From contig CABMPB010000002.1 in assembly GCA_902388365.1 (NCBI GenBank), forward strand, positions 242,683 to 306,682: 64,000 bases of DNA, in the 5' to 3' direction. Source of the DNA: an uncultured Bacteroides sp. GTDB lineage: Bacteria > Bacteroidota > Bacteroidia > Bacteroidales > Bacteroidaceae. Of this stretch, positions 1-9,336 are shown piece after piece. The stretch's first letter is position 1. The number at the start of each line of letters is the position of its first letter. Made by a program: the position numbers and the translations under genes. The notes below the pieces were generated by a model, which worked only from the letters and a program-made list of their open reading frames with translations, did no database searches and had not been told where the DNA came from.

Positions 1-443
1 GGGATGGTGCTTGCCATGTGCACGAACAGTTCTCTACGGAAAAGATATTGGAATTGAAGAAACAGTATCCTGATGCTGCCATTCTGGTTCATCCCGAGTG
101 TAAGGGAGCTGTTGCCAAGTTGGCCGATAAAGTAGGTTCTACTGCGGGCTTGTTGAAGTATGCCGTTGCCAGTGACAAGAAGGATTTCATTGTGGCTACG
201 GAAAGCGGCATCTTGCACGAGATGCGCAAACAATGCCCTGAAAAGAATTTCATTCCTGCTCCTCCCGAAGACAGTACTTGTGCTTGTAATGAATGTAATT
301 TCATGCGTTTGAATACGATGGAAAAGCTGTATAATACATTGAAGTATGAATGGCCGGAAGTGACAGTAGATGAAGCAGTGGCGCGGGAAGCGGTGAAACC
401 GATTAAGAAAATGCTGGAAATATCGGAGAAACTGGGATTGTAG
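1..443 (+). CDS. nadA: Quinolinate synthase NadA, C-terminal portion; the 5' end lies outside the window
   Basis: ORF 18..443 is open to the window start. The translation carries the NadA C-terminal signature, including the CACNECNFMRLNT Cys-cluster region. Confidence 0.8.
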   Translation, partial: DGACHVHEQFSTEKILELKKQYPDAAILVHPECKGAVAKLADKVGSTAGLLKYAVASDKKDFIVATESGILHEMRKQCPEKNFIPAPPEDSTCACNECNFMRLNTMEKLYNTLKYEWPEVTVDEAVAREAVKPIKKMLEISEKLGL

Positions 444-444
444 G

Positions 445-567
445 ATGAAAGAACTGATAACTGATTTGTTTTCCGTTCCTAAAACTAAAGAGGATTGGTT
501 TTGGAAAGGATTGATTATAGGATGCGTTATCGGAATGGGAATAGCATTACTTGCTTTGCTTAACTAA
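445..567 (+). CDS. Possible 40-aa hydrophobic small protein (MKELITDLFSVPKTKEDWFWKGLIIGCVIGMGIALLALLN)
   Basis: Hand-translated ATG at 445 to TAA at 565-567. It has a C-terminal TM-like stretch, lies 2 bp after the nadA stop, ends 8 bp before the next ORF, and is below the 60-aa ORF-track cutoff. Confidence 0.2.
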   Translation: MKELITDLFSVPKTKEDWFWKGLIIGCVIGMGIALLALLN

Positions 568-574
568 GATATAA

Positions 575-1276
575 ATGAAAACAATGCTGTGGAAAAAAGT
601 AAGATCCTTTTTCGCTAACCGGAGAATAGGAGATTTTGTGTGCAATTTTACTGCTGTAGTACTGGGTATTATCCTTACCTTTATGGGAAGTGACTGGATA
701 GAGGAACGGAATACGCAACACGATGTGCAGAGTACGCTTCAGTTAGTAAAAGCGGAATTAGAGACTAACAGGAAAACTATTTTAGGTGGAAAGAAAAGAA
801 TAGAACAAGAGATATGGGCAGCTCATTTTTTACTGGAAAATAAGGATAGGCTTTCGTCTATACCGAAAGATTCATTGAATTATTATTCTAATATGCCTTT
901 TCAAGCTTCATTTATTACTTTTACTACTGATGCTTTGGAATTGATGAAAAGTTCGGTACTCTTTCCACAGATAAAGGATAAAAAATTGGGATTGAGTATT
1001 ATTCAGGCTTATGCTTCCATAAAGTCTGCTGATATGCTATATACCACTTATCAAACTTTTAAAAAAGAAAAGAATGATTGTTTGGATGCAAAGCCGGAAG
1101 TCAAGCGTATATATGCCTGCAAATACTCTGCTGATCAACTATGGAGTCATTTGTTGGCTATTGAGGAAGGGTACGATTTATTGATTCAGATTCCTAATAT
1201 GATAAATCCTGAATCTTTTGATTATCCTATAGCTGATATAGATGCTACTATAAAAGCCATAGAGGAATATGAATAA
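575..1276 (+). CDS. Hypothetical protein with an N-terminal transmembrane anchor; AT-rich gene
   Basis: 233-aa ORF with a hydrophobic segment at about aa 20-40. No recognisable family. It sits between nadA and rdgB in low-GC sequence. Confidence 0.5.
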   Translation: MKTMLWKKVRSFFANRRIGDFVCNFTAVVLGIILTFMGSDWIEERNTQHDVQSTLQLVKAELETNRKTILGGKKRIEQEIWAAHFLLENKDRLSSIPKDSLNYYSNMPFQASFITFTTDALELMKSSVLFPQIKDKKLGLSIIQAYASIKSADMLYTTYQTFKKEKNDCLDAKPEVKRIYACKYSADQLWSHLLAIEEGYDLLIQIPNMINPESFDYPIADIDATIKAIEEYE

Positions 1277-1287
1277 GACATTATAAG

Positions 1288-1347
1288 GAGTGTGTTCGGG
1301 CGGGCAACCCCCGCCCCTACGACATAAATTCTAGCTTTGACACACTC
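1288..1347. repeat. Half-copy of the dispersed GTAGGGGCGG palindromic element (REP/MITE-like hairpin)
   Basis: GGAGTGTG..TTCGGGCGGGCAACCCCCGCCCCTAC..AAATTCTAGCTTTGACACACTC. The hairpin GGGCGGG/CCCGCCC and the outer GAGTGTG/CACACTC inverted repeat match, in reverse orientation, the left half of the element at 49528-49669. It lies between convergent genes. Confidence 0.55.
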
Positions 1348-1353
1348 ACTTTT

Positions 1354-1935
1354 TTATGCTTTCAAAAACCTGCAAAGTTTCTCCACCGCCAGCGCCCGAT
1401 GGCTAATCTTATTCTTCGTCTCATTTCCCATCTCAGCAAAAGTCTTGCTATATCCTTCCGGCACAAAGATAGGATCATATCCGAATCCCGAACCACCACG
1501 TTTTTCCTTGATGATTTCACCTTTCACAACTCCTTCAAACAAATGCTTCTTTCCATCCAGAATCAGACAAATAGCCGTACGGAATTGTGCTTTTCTGTTC
1601 TGTACTCCTTGCATATCCTGCAATAATTTCTGCATATTGGCTTCCGCATTATGTCCCTCTCCCCCTGCATAACGGGCAGAATAAACACCCGGTGCACCAT
1701 TCAGCGCTTCTACTTCCAAACCTGTATCATCGGCAAAGCAATCCAAACCGTAGTTTTCAAAAATATACTCAGCTTTCAGCATGGCATTGCCTTCCAAAGT
1801 ATCGGCTGTTTCGGGGATATCAACATGGCAGTTAATATCTTTAAGGCTCAGTAATTCAACCTTTTCCCCTAGAATGGAAGATATTTCCTCCAGTTTATGA
1901 ACATTGTTTGTAGCAAATACTAATTTCCGTTTCAT
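1354..1935 (-). CDS. rdgB: Non-canonical purine NTP (dITP/XTP) pyrophosphatase, RdgB/Ham1 family
   Basis: 193 aa with the Ham1 hallmarks [18 protein letters not shown] and FGYDPIF. Its ATG overlaps the TGA of the upstream permease as ATGA. Confidence 0.9.
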   Translation of the reverse strand: MKRKLVFATNNVHKLEEISSILGEKVELLSLKDINCHVDIPETADTLEGNAMLKAEYIFENYGLDCFADDTGLEVEALNGAPGVYSARYAGGEGHNAEANMQKLLQDMQGVQNRKAQFRTAICLILDGKKHLFEGVVKGEIIKEKRGGSGFGYDPIFVPEGYSKTFAEMGNETKNKISHRALAVEKLCRFLKA

Positions 1936-3341
1936 CTTACATCGTATTTATTGAATGCAAAGATACTGAGAATGAACCAAAGTAATGTAATTCCCAATAA
2001 AATAAATACATATGGAAGTGAAGATAGCAATCTGTGGGATAGCGTTACCTCGGGTTCTTTATAAACAGGATACTCTGTTTCTGTCAGTGGACGTTGCGTA
2101 CTGCTATACCGTTCTTGGGGATTGAGCCAATGCGGACTTTCGGGGTCTTTTGCATCCTCTGCCTTGAACCATTCCATAAAGTGGATACAGAAATCAGTCA
2201 ATGCCTTTTCATTCTTCCGGAAACGGGCATAACCACTATCCAGCCAATATTCATTTAAATGATGGAAGGTTATGACGGGCGACCACATCAATAGCCGGTT
2301 CGTGCGTTCATATTGTTGTTGCCCATATCGGTAATATTCGTTGAGCATGTTCAGTTTCACTTCCAGCATGCGGCGCATTATATCGGCACGCATTTCGTGT
2401 GGCGGATAGAATGGTTCATTTTCTTTATTTCCTAGGGCAGAGGCAGGAGCATTCCTTATTATTTGATGTTGTTGCTCCTGGTATTCTTGTTGCACTTCTT
2501 CAAAAGTAACAGGCATAGGATAGAGATAGCGAGCCAGAGATAGGCGACTGTTGGGCAAGATGATAACGGATAATAGCCAAAAAACGATACAAAGCAGTAA
2601 ACTGTTTCGGGAATGACCGGTAATGGTAGAAGCAAATAATCCGAAAGCAGCAAATAAAGAAAATAACAATAAGGCAGATAGAAAGAAACCACCGCATAGT
2701 ATAATGAAATGTGCATTGATTTCAATCCCTGCCAGAAGCAGGATGAGTATTCCTGCCCCCATGCCCGAAAGTAATAAGATGCTGACCTGCAACAGCACGC
2801 ATAAATATCGGGACAGCAAAAACGAAAACCGTGAAACCGGATAAGTGAGTAGAAATCCCAGTGTATGCGTTTCCTTTTCTCCGGAAAAGGCATTAAAGGA
2901 AAGTAATAAAGTAATGAAGCTGAGCAGCGTGGTGACAACAAACGACCAACTGAATGAAACATCAGGCTCCATCAACGGATTTTTTACCGAGAATGCAGTA
3001 TTGAAGTGGTGAATGCCAAATGCATTATACGTGAACATGGAAGGTAATTGTTGTTCCCAACAAGGATCTATCAGTGACGAAAGTCGTGACTGCAACAAGT
3101 ATTCCTGTGTAATGGTTGCATAAGTCGTGACCGTCCATCCATAATAGTCGTTGTGGTGTGCTTTTTGATATTCCTCATATTCGGCTTCCGTATTTTTCCA
3201 TTGGCGTACAAAGGCAGTAGTACCGCAAATAAATACGCAAAGCATCAATATCCACGACAGACGAAACCGCAGGCTGCGCCTATTCTTTTTCCATTCTTGT
3301 TTTAGCAATATTCCTAACACCATACGCTTATCGAATATCAT
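1932..3341 (-). CDS. ABC-2 family transporter permease (large multi-TM protein, DUF3526-like)
   Basis: 469 aa with multiple hydrophobic helices in the central and C-terminal parts. It overlaps the upstream permease by 14 bp and rdgB by 4 bp, in an operon with an ABC ATPase. Confidence 0.65.
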   Translation of the reverse strand: MIFDKRMVLGILLKQEWKKNRRSLRFRLSWILMLCVFICGTTAFVRQWKNTEAEYEEYQKAHHNDYYGWTVTTYATITQEYLLQSRLSSLIDPCWEQQLPSMFTYNAFGIHHFNTAFSVKNPLMEPDVSFSWSFVVTTLLSFITLLLSFNAFSGEKETHTLGFLLTYPVSRFSFLLSRYLCVLLQVSILLLSGMGAGILILLLAGIEINAHFIILCGGFFLSALLLFSLFAAFGLFASTITGHSRNSLLLCIVFWLLSVIILPNSRLSLARYLYPMPVTFEEVQQEYQEQQHQIIRNAPASALGNKENEPFYPPHEMRADIMRRMLEVKLNMLNEYYRYGQQQYERTNRLLMWSPVITFHHLNEYWLDSGYARFRKNEKALTDFCIHFMEWFKAEDAKDPESPHWLNPQERYSSTQRPLTETEYPVYKEPEVTLSHRLLSSLPYVFILLGITLLWFILSIFAFNKYDVR

Positions 3342-4941
3342 AACGGGCGGAAAGCTTCGTCGTTATATAAATTAATACTAAACTTGCCATTGCAAAGAAC
3401 AGGAAAGCATCCAGAAAACTTTTTTCCTGTTCACGGATACTTACCATCTGCTGGGTGAATCGTGGCAACCCTTTGGTATCCAGTTTCGGACGGTCGTCTA
3501 TACTCTTTAGAAAATCTGCTTTTTCCTCTTCACTCCAGCTTTTATCATATTCTTGACAGAGATTGTCCATTTCTTCGTTAGTCATAAAATCTTTTTCGCT
3601 CTGTGTAGTGAAGTAGGCGTATGAGCTGAACAGGTGGTTTGTTGTGAAATACTCCCATACGGTCTGCCTGTACTCCCTTACTTCGTCCATGTATGACAGA
3701 TAATTATCGGGAGCTGTGTGGCAGATACGCAGTGCCGTTTCTTGAAAAACCTGTAACGGTGAAAGACAGGCGAGCCAATGTTTCAGTCGGATTTGCCGTT
3801 TCAATTTCTCCAAGTATTCTTTCTGTAATTGCCATTTCCGGTCGGAATAAGCGATACGCATCGGTTCACTTTCTGTGTGGGTACGGCGGATGGCGTGGGC
3901 AAACGGTATGGTGATTCCCCATTTATCCACAAATCCGTCTGCACCCATGTTGTTAAAGAGAGCCATTTCGGTTTCTACTTTTTCTTCTTTTTCATACTTC
4001 TCCCGTATGTCTTTTAATTTATAGTATAGTTCATTGTCCAACAATTCCATTTGGGTTTCTATGTTGCGATACAGAGGAATAGGAGCGATGGTTTCTGCCA
4101 GATAGCTGGATACGGGTGGCAGAATAAACACCATGCCCATCCAAAGAAGGAGGCTGATGGTCAATGCCTGTTCGGATGTGCGGACCAGTAACGAAATGAG
4201 TATTCCCAATAGGATACATACAAAGATAAAGCCAAAGGTAAGAAGCAGGAGCAACAAGATGCCGTTCCAGCCGGTGGCAGGCAAAGAGATTCCGGCATAA
4301 ACCAAGTAACTTGTACCCGCTAAGCACAATAATGCCGGAAACACCAACACAAGAAATACGCCTCCTATCTTCCCAAAAAGGAAAGAAACCCGGTTTACGG
4401 GGCGGCTGAATACCATGCGCAGCATACCGCTTTCTTTTTCGTGTGAAAAGGCATCGTAAGAAAATACCAATGCCAGCAGGGAGAATACAAGTCCTATAAT
4501 GCCCGTAAAGTCGGTGTATGAAAAAGTATTCAGAAACACATTGTCATTGTTTCCCGTATCACCTCGTATTTCAGCCTGTTTAAATCCTATGACGGAGTAA
4601 TCATTGCTGATGTTTGTCTGGGGAAGCAACGGATAAGCATCCAGTAATATTTGATTGTAAATGCCCATGCCGGGTGTCACTCCCTCACAGAAGATACTGA
4701 GCGGCTCGGTTTCCTTGATGACAAGCGGGCGTACTTGCGACCACACGTAAGCACTGTTCAGTGCACTGTGGGCAGCAGCTTTTCCTTGTTGACAGGCAGT
4801 TTGCCGGATAAAGTAATTGTCGGTTCCTGTCAATATGGTAAAGGGAACAAGCAGCAGGCAAAGCAGCAGGGTGAGGACAAAGCGTGAAGAACGCAAGTGG
4901 AGTATAAAATCCTTCCGGGCAATATAGAAAGCCATATTCAT
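3328..4941 (-). CDS. ABC-2 family transporter permease (paralogue of the downstream permease)
   Basis: 537 aa. It has an N-terminal TM segment, a large periplasmic-like loop and a TM bundle at about aa 150-270. It overlaps the ATPase gene by 4 bp. Confidence 0.65.
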   Translation of the reverse strand: MNMAFYIARKDFILHLRSSRFVLTLLLCLLLVPFTILTGTDNYFIRQTACQQGKAAAHSALNSAYVWSQVRPLVIKETEPLSIFCEGVTPGMGIYNQILLDAYPLLPQTNISNDYSVIGFKQAEIRGDTGNNDNVFLNTFSYTDFTGIIGLVFSLLALVFSYDAFSHEKESGMLRMVFSRPVNRVSFLFGKIGGVFLVLVFPALLCLAGTSYLVYAGISLPATGWNGILLLLLLTFGFIFVCILLGILISLLVRTSEQALTISLLLWMGMVFILPPVSSYLAETIAPIPLYRNIETQMELLDNELYYKLKDIREKYEKEEKVETEMALFNNMGADGFVDKWGITIPFAHAIRRTHTESEPMRIAYSDRKWQLQKEYLEKLKRQIRLKHWLACLSPLQVFQETALRICHTAPDNYLSYMDEVREYRQTVWEYFTTNHLFSSYAYFTTQSEKDFMTNEEMDNLCQEYDKSWSEEEKADFLKSIDDRPKLDTKGLPRFTQQMVSIREQEKSFLDAFLFFAMASLVLIYITTKLSARYDIR

Positions 4942-5651
4942 AGCGAAACCTCCTGCATATAGTCCAGATAAATGCGTTCAATGTCTTCGTTTAGAAATTC
5001 TTCGCGGCGGCGGAGCATTACCAGGCGGCCTTCTTTCATAATGCCGATGCGATCGGCCACAGTGCGGGCACGAAACAGGTCGTGGGTGCAGAGCAGGATG
5101 GATTTTCCTCTTTGTTTCAGTTGCAGCAGAATGTCCATCAGTTCGGCGGCGCTTTTGGGATCGAGCCCGGTAGTCGGTTCATCCATCAGGATATTCGATG
5201 TGTCTTTTTGAAGTACACAGGCCAGTCCTACTTTTTGCCGCATTCCTTTGGAGAAGTGCTTCACCCGCTTTTCAAAATCCGTTTCTTTCAGTCCCACTGT
5301 CCGCATCAGGTTATAAAGTTCGTCTTTGCCGGGATGTTTCCCATCCAGATGTGAAAAGAATTCCAGGTTTTCGCGTGCGGACAGGTCGCCATAAAGCATT
5401 ACGTTTTCGGATATATAAGAGATAAGCCGTTTGGTTTCCAAAGATTGTTTCACGCTGTCCAGTCCGTCTATCAGGGCTTGTCCCGAAGTGGGACGGATGA
5501 AGTTGAGGAACAGGTTGAGTGTGGTGGTCTTTCCGGCTCCGTTTGCTCCCAGCAGGAAGAAGATTTCTCCTTCCTCTATTTTGAGATTCAGTGCATCAAG
5601 TGCCAGTCTGCCGTCATCATATCTTTTGGTTAAATCAATGGCTTGCAACAT
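4938..5651 (-). CDS. ABC transporter ATP-binding protein
   Basis: Walker A GANGAGKTT, a signature region and Walker B ILMDEPTTGLD are present. The track ORF extends to 5765, but the start is placed at the internal ATG (MLQAIDLTKRY) at 5649-5651. A TAtcTTTG -7 box lies about 27 nt upstream of it on the minus strand. Confidence 0.85.
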   Translation of the reverse strand: MLQAIDLTKRYDDGRLALDALNLKIEEGEIFFLLGANGAGKTTTLNLFLNFIRPTSGQALIDGLDSVKQSLETKRLISYISENVMLYGDLSARENLEFFSHLDGKHPGKDELYNLMRTVGLKETDFEKRVKHFSKGMRQKVGLACVLQKDTSNILMDEPTTGLDPKSAAELMDILLQLKQRGKSILLCTHDLFRARTVADRIGIMKEGRLVMLRRREEFLNEDIERIYLDYMQEVSL

Positions 5652-5756
5652 ATTATATCTGTTTGGATGGTTCAAAGATAGGGATGAATTGCTTTTGCTC
5701 CTATTGTTTTTCTGTTTTTTATTAGTGATAAAACTGTTTTTGTATGCTCCTGTTTG

Positions 5757-5845
5757 GCTCCCCACGGTTATGGGGAGCGCAGCCCACGGCTATGGAGAGC
5801 GCTCCCCATAGCCGTGAGGAGCGCTCCTCATAGCTATGAAACGGT
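5757..5845. repeat. Array of four ~22-bp units forming nested palindromes (GCTCCCCACGGTTATGGGGAGCGC / AGCCCACGGCTATGGAGAGCGC / TCCCCATAGCCGTGAGGAGCGC / TCCTCATAGCTATGAAACGG)
   Basis: Read directly from the sequence. Unit 1 is a self-hairpin (GCTCCCCA..TGGGGAGC). Units 2 and 3 form a 17/18-bp palindrome centred on AGCGCT. The array lies just downstream (minus strand) of the TonB receptor stop. Confidence 0.6.
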
Positions 5846-5912
5846 AAACTTGAATAGAGGGAAAGGGTTCTTCATCACTATGTAATCTTGTTTATCACCG
5901 GGAAGAAACCGG

Positions 5913-8225
5913 TTACAGACGGTTCATTTCCTCATTGGCGGCACCTGTTCCACGGTATTTGCTACGGGTGGAGTTGAATTTGTATCGCACGCTGAGCTGA
6001 ATGTTGCGGGTATCACTGTAATTCCATTTTTCAAACTGCATGCAGTCACCATAGATAATGTAGGAACTGCGTTGTGAGGCAAAAATATCATTTACGTGCA
6101 GGTTCACGTTCAATCGCTCATCCATGAAAGTCTTGTTCAGGCTTATGTTTACGCCTTGGTTGGGCTTCATCAGCATAATGCTGGTGTTTCCTTTGGTGCT
6201 ATAGAACATAGTTAGGTTTCCTGTAAATGTTTTGCTGAAACGGAAATTGTTATCCAGCCTTCCGCTGAAAATGGGTCGGTTGAAGTGTTTCCACTCTCCC
6301 ATCGTTATATTCTTGAAAAATGGTTGTTGCATTTGCAGGCTGAGGGAAGGTTCCCAAATGCCGAACTTGGGAGAAAGTACCAATCCTGTGTTCAATTCTT
6401 CTATCTTGTCGAAGTTCTTGCGGGTGAACAGGGTGATGGCAGGGTTCTTGTCGTATGATTCGGCTACAAACTCTATGGCATCCCGTCGTTGCTGGTAGCT
6501 GACAAACAGTTGTATCCATTGGTAGCTGCCCATTAAGGTGATGTCGTGAATTGTTGCGGGCTTTAGGTTGGGATTTCCTCCTTCATAGGTAAATCGGTCG
6601 TCGTATTGCAGGTTGCTGCTTAGTTCGTTGTAAGACGGTCGTCGGGTTTTGGCAGTGTAACTCAGTGAGAGTTGGGTTTTGCCTACGGGCATGGCCAGGG
6701 AAATATTGGGAAACAAATTGTCATAGTTCCGGCTTTGTTCCTCTACTCGTTTGCCTTTATCCAGATATTCGGAAGTGACGTGTTCGTAACGAAGACCTGC
6801 TGATGCCTGCAATTGACCCAGTGCAATGGCAAATTCGGCAAAGCCTGCCAGTTTTTCTTCTTTTATTTTATTGTCTGTTTCGGGCAGGTAGTTTTGCGGG
6901 TTTTCATAACGGCTGATGCGGCGGGTGTTGCTATATTCGGCTCCTGCTTTCAGTTCTCCTTTTCCTATGGGGTGGGTAAGGACAAGTTTGGCGGCATACA
7001 GGCGATTGTCATTCAGGTTGCTGGTGGTGACGTGGCGGTCTTCGTATTCTTCGCTGGTTTCCAGTACGTTTTGATATTGGCGTGTTTCTCCGCTGTAATA
7101 GTCGGCATTGAAGTCGATACCTAGTTTTCCTACTGTACCCAGGTAGTAAGCGTTGACGCGATGTGAGAAATCGTTATTATTCCAGTCATAGTCATAGTGC
7201 TGGCGGTCGTAGAAGTTTCCGTTGGCGGCAATTTCGTAATCGGAAGTCATGTCCAGATGGGTTTTGGGGCTGCGGCCGAATGTGTAACGCGCTCCCAGCG
7301 AATGGTTGCTGTCAATCATATAATTGAATCCGCCTTCTGTGTTGAGCGAGTAGCTGATGGCGTTCATGTCCATTTCCGAACGATGGTTCCAGGTGGTGTC
7401 CACTTCAATGTAGTGTTTGTCTTTTTGTTCCTGATAGTTGCCCATGCGCGAGAAGTAGAAGTTGGCGAACACGTCCAATCCTCCGTGACGGTAGTTCATG
7501 TTCAGTTGTTCGTAGTGGTTAAAGTTATGATCTTGAATGATTCCGGCATTTACGTTGGTGCTGAATCCTTCTCCTTGTGGTTTCACGGTCTTTATCTTGA
7601 TGACCGATTTTACGGTTACGTCATACTCCGCTCCGGGGTTGGTAATTACTTCTACGCTTTGTATATCTTTGGAACTCAGACGGGCAAGTTCGCTGAGGTC
7701 ACGCAGTTGGCGTCCGTTGAGATAGATGAGTGGCGTACCTTTTCCAAACACGGTGAAGTCGCCATTATCTCCTTGTACAAAAGGGATATGGGTTAATACG
7801 TCATTGGCTGTTCCGGCTGTGCTGAGCAGTGAGTTGGCGACGTTGGTAACGAGGGCATTTCCTTTCATCTTATAGGTGGGGCGGTGGGCGGTGATGACGG
7901 TTTCCTGTAAAGTGACTGCATCGGATTTCAGAATTAAGGTTCCTATATGGCCTGATTGGCAATTCTTATAGGTCGTTTCATATCCCACGGAGGATGCTTT
8001 CAGAATATAGGTTTTACCGTTTACTTTGTCTATGGTAAAATCTCCGTTTGTGTTAGTGACTGTTCCTTGTATGAAAGTGGAGTCGCCGGGATTCAATAAT
8101 ACTACATTGGCATATTCCAACGGAGTATGGGTTTCGTCCGTCAGTTTTCCGGTGATGGTTTGTGCTTGTGTGGCGATTGTGGCTCCTGCAAATAGGGTTG
8201 CAAATAGTAATTTTACTGTTTTCAT
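5913..8225 (-). CDS. TonB-dependent outer-membrane receptor (N-terminal carboxypeptidase-regulatory-like domain, plug and beta-barrel; no STN domain)
   Basis: 770 aa with a signal peptide, a CarbopepD_reg-like Ig domain (GTVTNTNGDFTI), plug motifs (PLIYLNGRQ, ITNPGAEYD) and a C-terminal Tyr/Asn/Gly-rich barrel. It is a paralogue of the receptor at 39556-42132. Confidence 0.8.
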   Translation of the reverse strand: MKTVKLLFATLFAGATIATQAQTITGKLTDETHTPLEYANVVLLNPGDSTFIQGTVTNTNGDFTIDKVNGKTYILKASSVGYETTYKNCQSGHIGTLILKSDAVTLQETVITAHRPTYKMKGNALVTNVANSLLSTAGTANDVLTHIPFVQGDNGDFTVFGKGTPLIYLNGRQLRDLSELARLSSKDIQSVEVITNPGAEYDVTVKSVIKIKTVKPQGEGFSTNVNAGIIQDHNFNHYEQLNMNYRHGGLDVFANFYFSRMGNYQEQKDKHYIEVDTTWNHRSEMDMNAISYSLNTEGGFNYMIDSNHSLGARYTFGRSPKTHLDMTSDYEIAANGNFYDRQHYDYDWNNNDFSHRVNAYYLGTVGKLGIDFNADYYSGETRQYQNVLETSEEYEDRHVTTSNLNDNRLYAAKLVLTHPIGKGELKAGAEYSNTRRISRYENPQNYLPETDNKIKEEKLAGFAEFAIALGQLQASAGLRYEHVTSEYLDKGKRVEEQSRNYDNLFPNISLAMPVGKTQLSLSYTAKTRRPSYNELSSNLQYDDRFTYEGGNPNLKPATIHDITLMGSYQWIQLFVSYQQRRDAIEFVAESYDKNPAITLFTRKNFDKIEELNTGLVLSPKFGIWEPSLSLQMQQPFFKNITMGEWKHFNRPIFSGRLDNNFRFSKTFTGNLTMFYSTKGNTSIMLMKPNQGVNISLNKTFMDERLNVNLHVNDIFASQRSSYIIYGDCMQFEKWNYSDTRNIQLSVRYKFNSTRSKYRGTGAANEEMNRL

Positions 8226-8467
8226 CTTTATCTTTTTTTGTTTGTTATTTCTTGTGGGTGGGTAACTGTTTACCCGGTTACCCGTTATTATTCCTTGGTT
8301 TGCTATAAGAGATGCAATTACTGTGCCAAGAAATGTTAGTTGTTGATTATCAGTGTGTTGTTAGTTTATGTGTAATAGCCGATAATTCAGTTGGGAAAAT
8401 AATTACTCAAATGTGGGTAAATTGTTACTTGAATTCATATCTTTGGAGAAACATAGCAATAGAAAAC

Positions 8468-9331
8468 ATGAAGGAGCAAGGAGAAATTATATTATATCAG
8501 CCGGATGAAATGGTGAAGTTGGAAGTTCGGTTGGAAAATGAAATGATTTGGTTGACACAAGCACAAATAGCCAATTTATTTGGAGTAAAGCAACCGGCTA
8601 TATCTAAACATCTGAAGAATATTTTTGAAAGTGGAGAGTTAGAAGAAAATTCAGTTTATTCCATTTTGGAATATACTGCTGTTGACGGGAAGATATACAA
8701 TACTAAATTTTATAATTTAGATGCTATCCTTTCTGTTGGATATCGTGTTAATAGTAAGAATGCAACTTTATTCCGTCAATGGGCAAACAGAGTTTTGAAA
8801 GATTATTTATTGAAAGGTTATTCTATTAATCAACATTTGAATATTATTGAACAGAAAATGGACACTAAGTTTGCTCTCCATGAAACTCAAATAGCTGAGT
8901 TGAATGAGAAAGTGGATTTCTTTGTTCGTACTTCTCTTCCTCCTGTCGAAGGAGTATTCTTTGAAGGTCAGATATTTGATGCATACGTTTTTGTCACTAA
9001 TTTAATAAAGACTGGCAAGAAATCTTTAGTTTTAATTGATAACTATGTGGATGAAACCGTATTGCTTATGCTATCTAAACGAAATCCAAAAGTAACTGCT
9101 ACAATTTATACTCAACAAATAACTCCGCAATTCCAATTGGATTTGAAACGGCATAATAATCAATATCCTCCTATTAATGTGAAGATATGTAAGCAATCGC
9201 ATGATCGTTTCTTAATAATAGATGGGGAAAAACTTTATCATATTGGTGCTTCCCTGAAAGATTTAGGTAAGAAATGGTTTGCTTTTTCACAACTGTATAT
9301 AGATATAAAAGATATTTTGAACAAATTATAA
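8468..9331 (+). CDS. RhuM-family (virulence protein RhuM / Fic-related) protein
   Basis: The conserved RhuM N-terminus is present (IILYQPDEMVKLEVRLENEMIWLTQAQIANLFGVKQPAISKHLKNIFESGEL). The start is placed at the internal ATG 8468 (MKEQGEII) because the 5' extension of the track ORF looks non-coding. Confidence 0.75.
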   Translation: MKEQGEIILYQPDEMVKLEVRLENEMIWLTQAQIANLFGVKQPAISKHLKNIFESGELEENSVYSILEYTAVDGKIYNTKFYNLDAILSVGYRVNSKNATLFRQWANRVLKDYLLKGYSINQHLNIIEQKMDTKFALHETQIAELNEKVDFFVRTSLPPVEGVFFEGQIFDAYVFVTNLIKTGKKSLVLIDNYVDETVLLMLSKRNPKVTATIYTQQITPQFQLDLKRHNNQYPPINVKICKQSHDRFLIIDGEKLYHIGASLKDLGKKWFAFSQLYIDIKDILNKL

Positions 9332-9336
9332 TTATC

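Noticed and set aside
1337-1854. Plus-strand ORFs (111, 75, 82 and 67 aa) overlapping rdgB
   Set aside because: They are antisense shadows of the conserved Ham1 gene.
5652-5765. 114-nt N-terminal extension of the ABC ATPase ORF (MGSQTGAYKNSF...)
   Set aside because: The Asn/Ser/Lys-rich extension is non-conserved in appearance. The internal ATG at 5649-5651 gives the canonical ABC N-terminus and leaves room for a TATCTTTG promoter.
6232-8265. Plus-strand ORFs inside the TonB receptor gene (6813-7124, 7197-7796, 8026-8265)
   Set aside because: Shadow ORFs with low-complexity or odd composition. The minus-strand 770-aa receptor explains the region.
8312-9336. Long 5' extensions of the RhuM (8312) and histidine-kinase (9274) ORFs
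   Set aside because: The extensions are hydrophobic or odd-composition read-throughs of AT-rich intergenic sequence, and the kinase extension would overlap the RhuM coding sequence. Internal ATGs at 8468 and 9337 give conserved N-termini.
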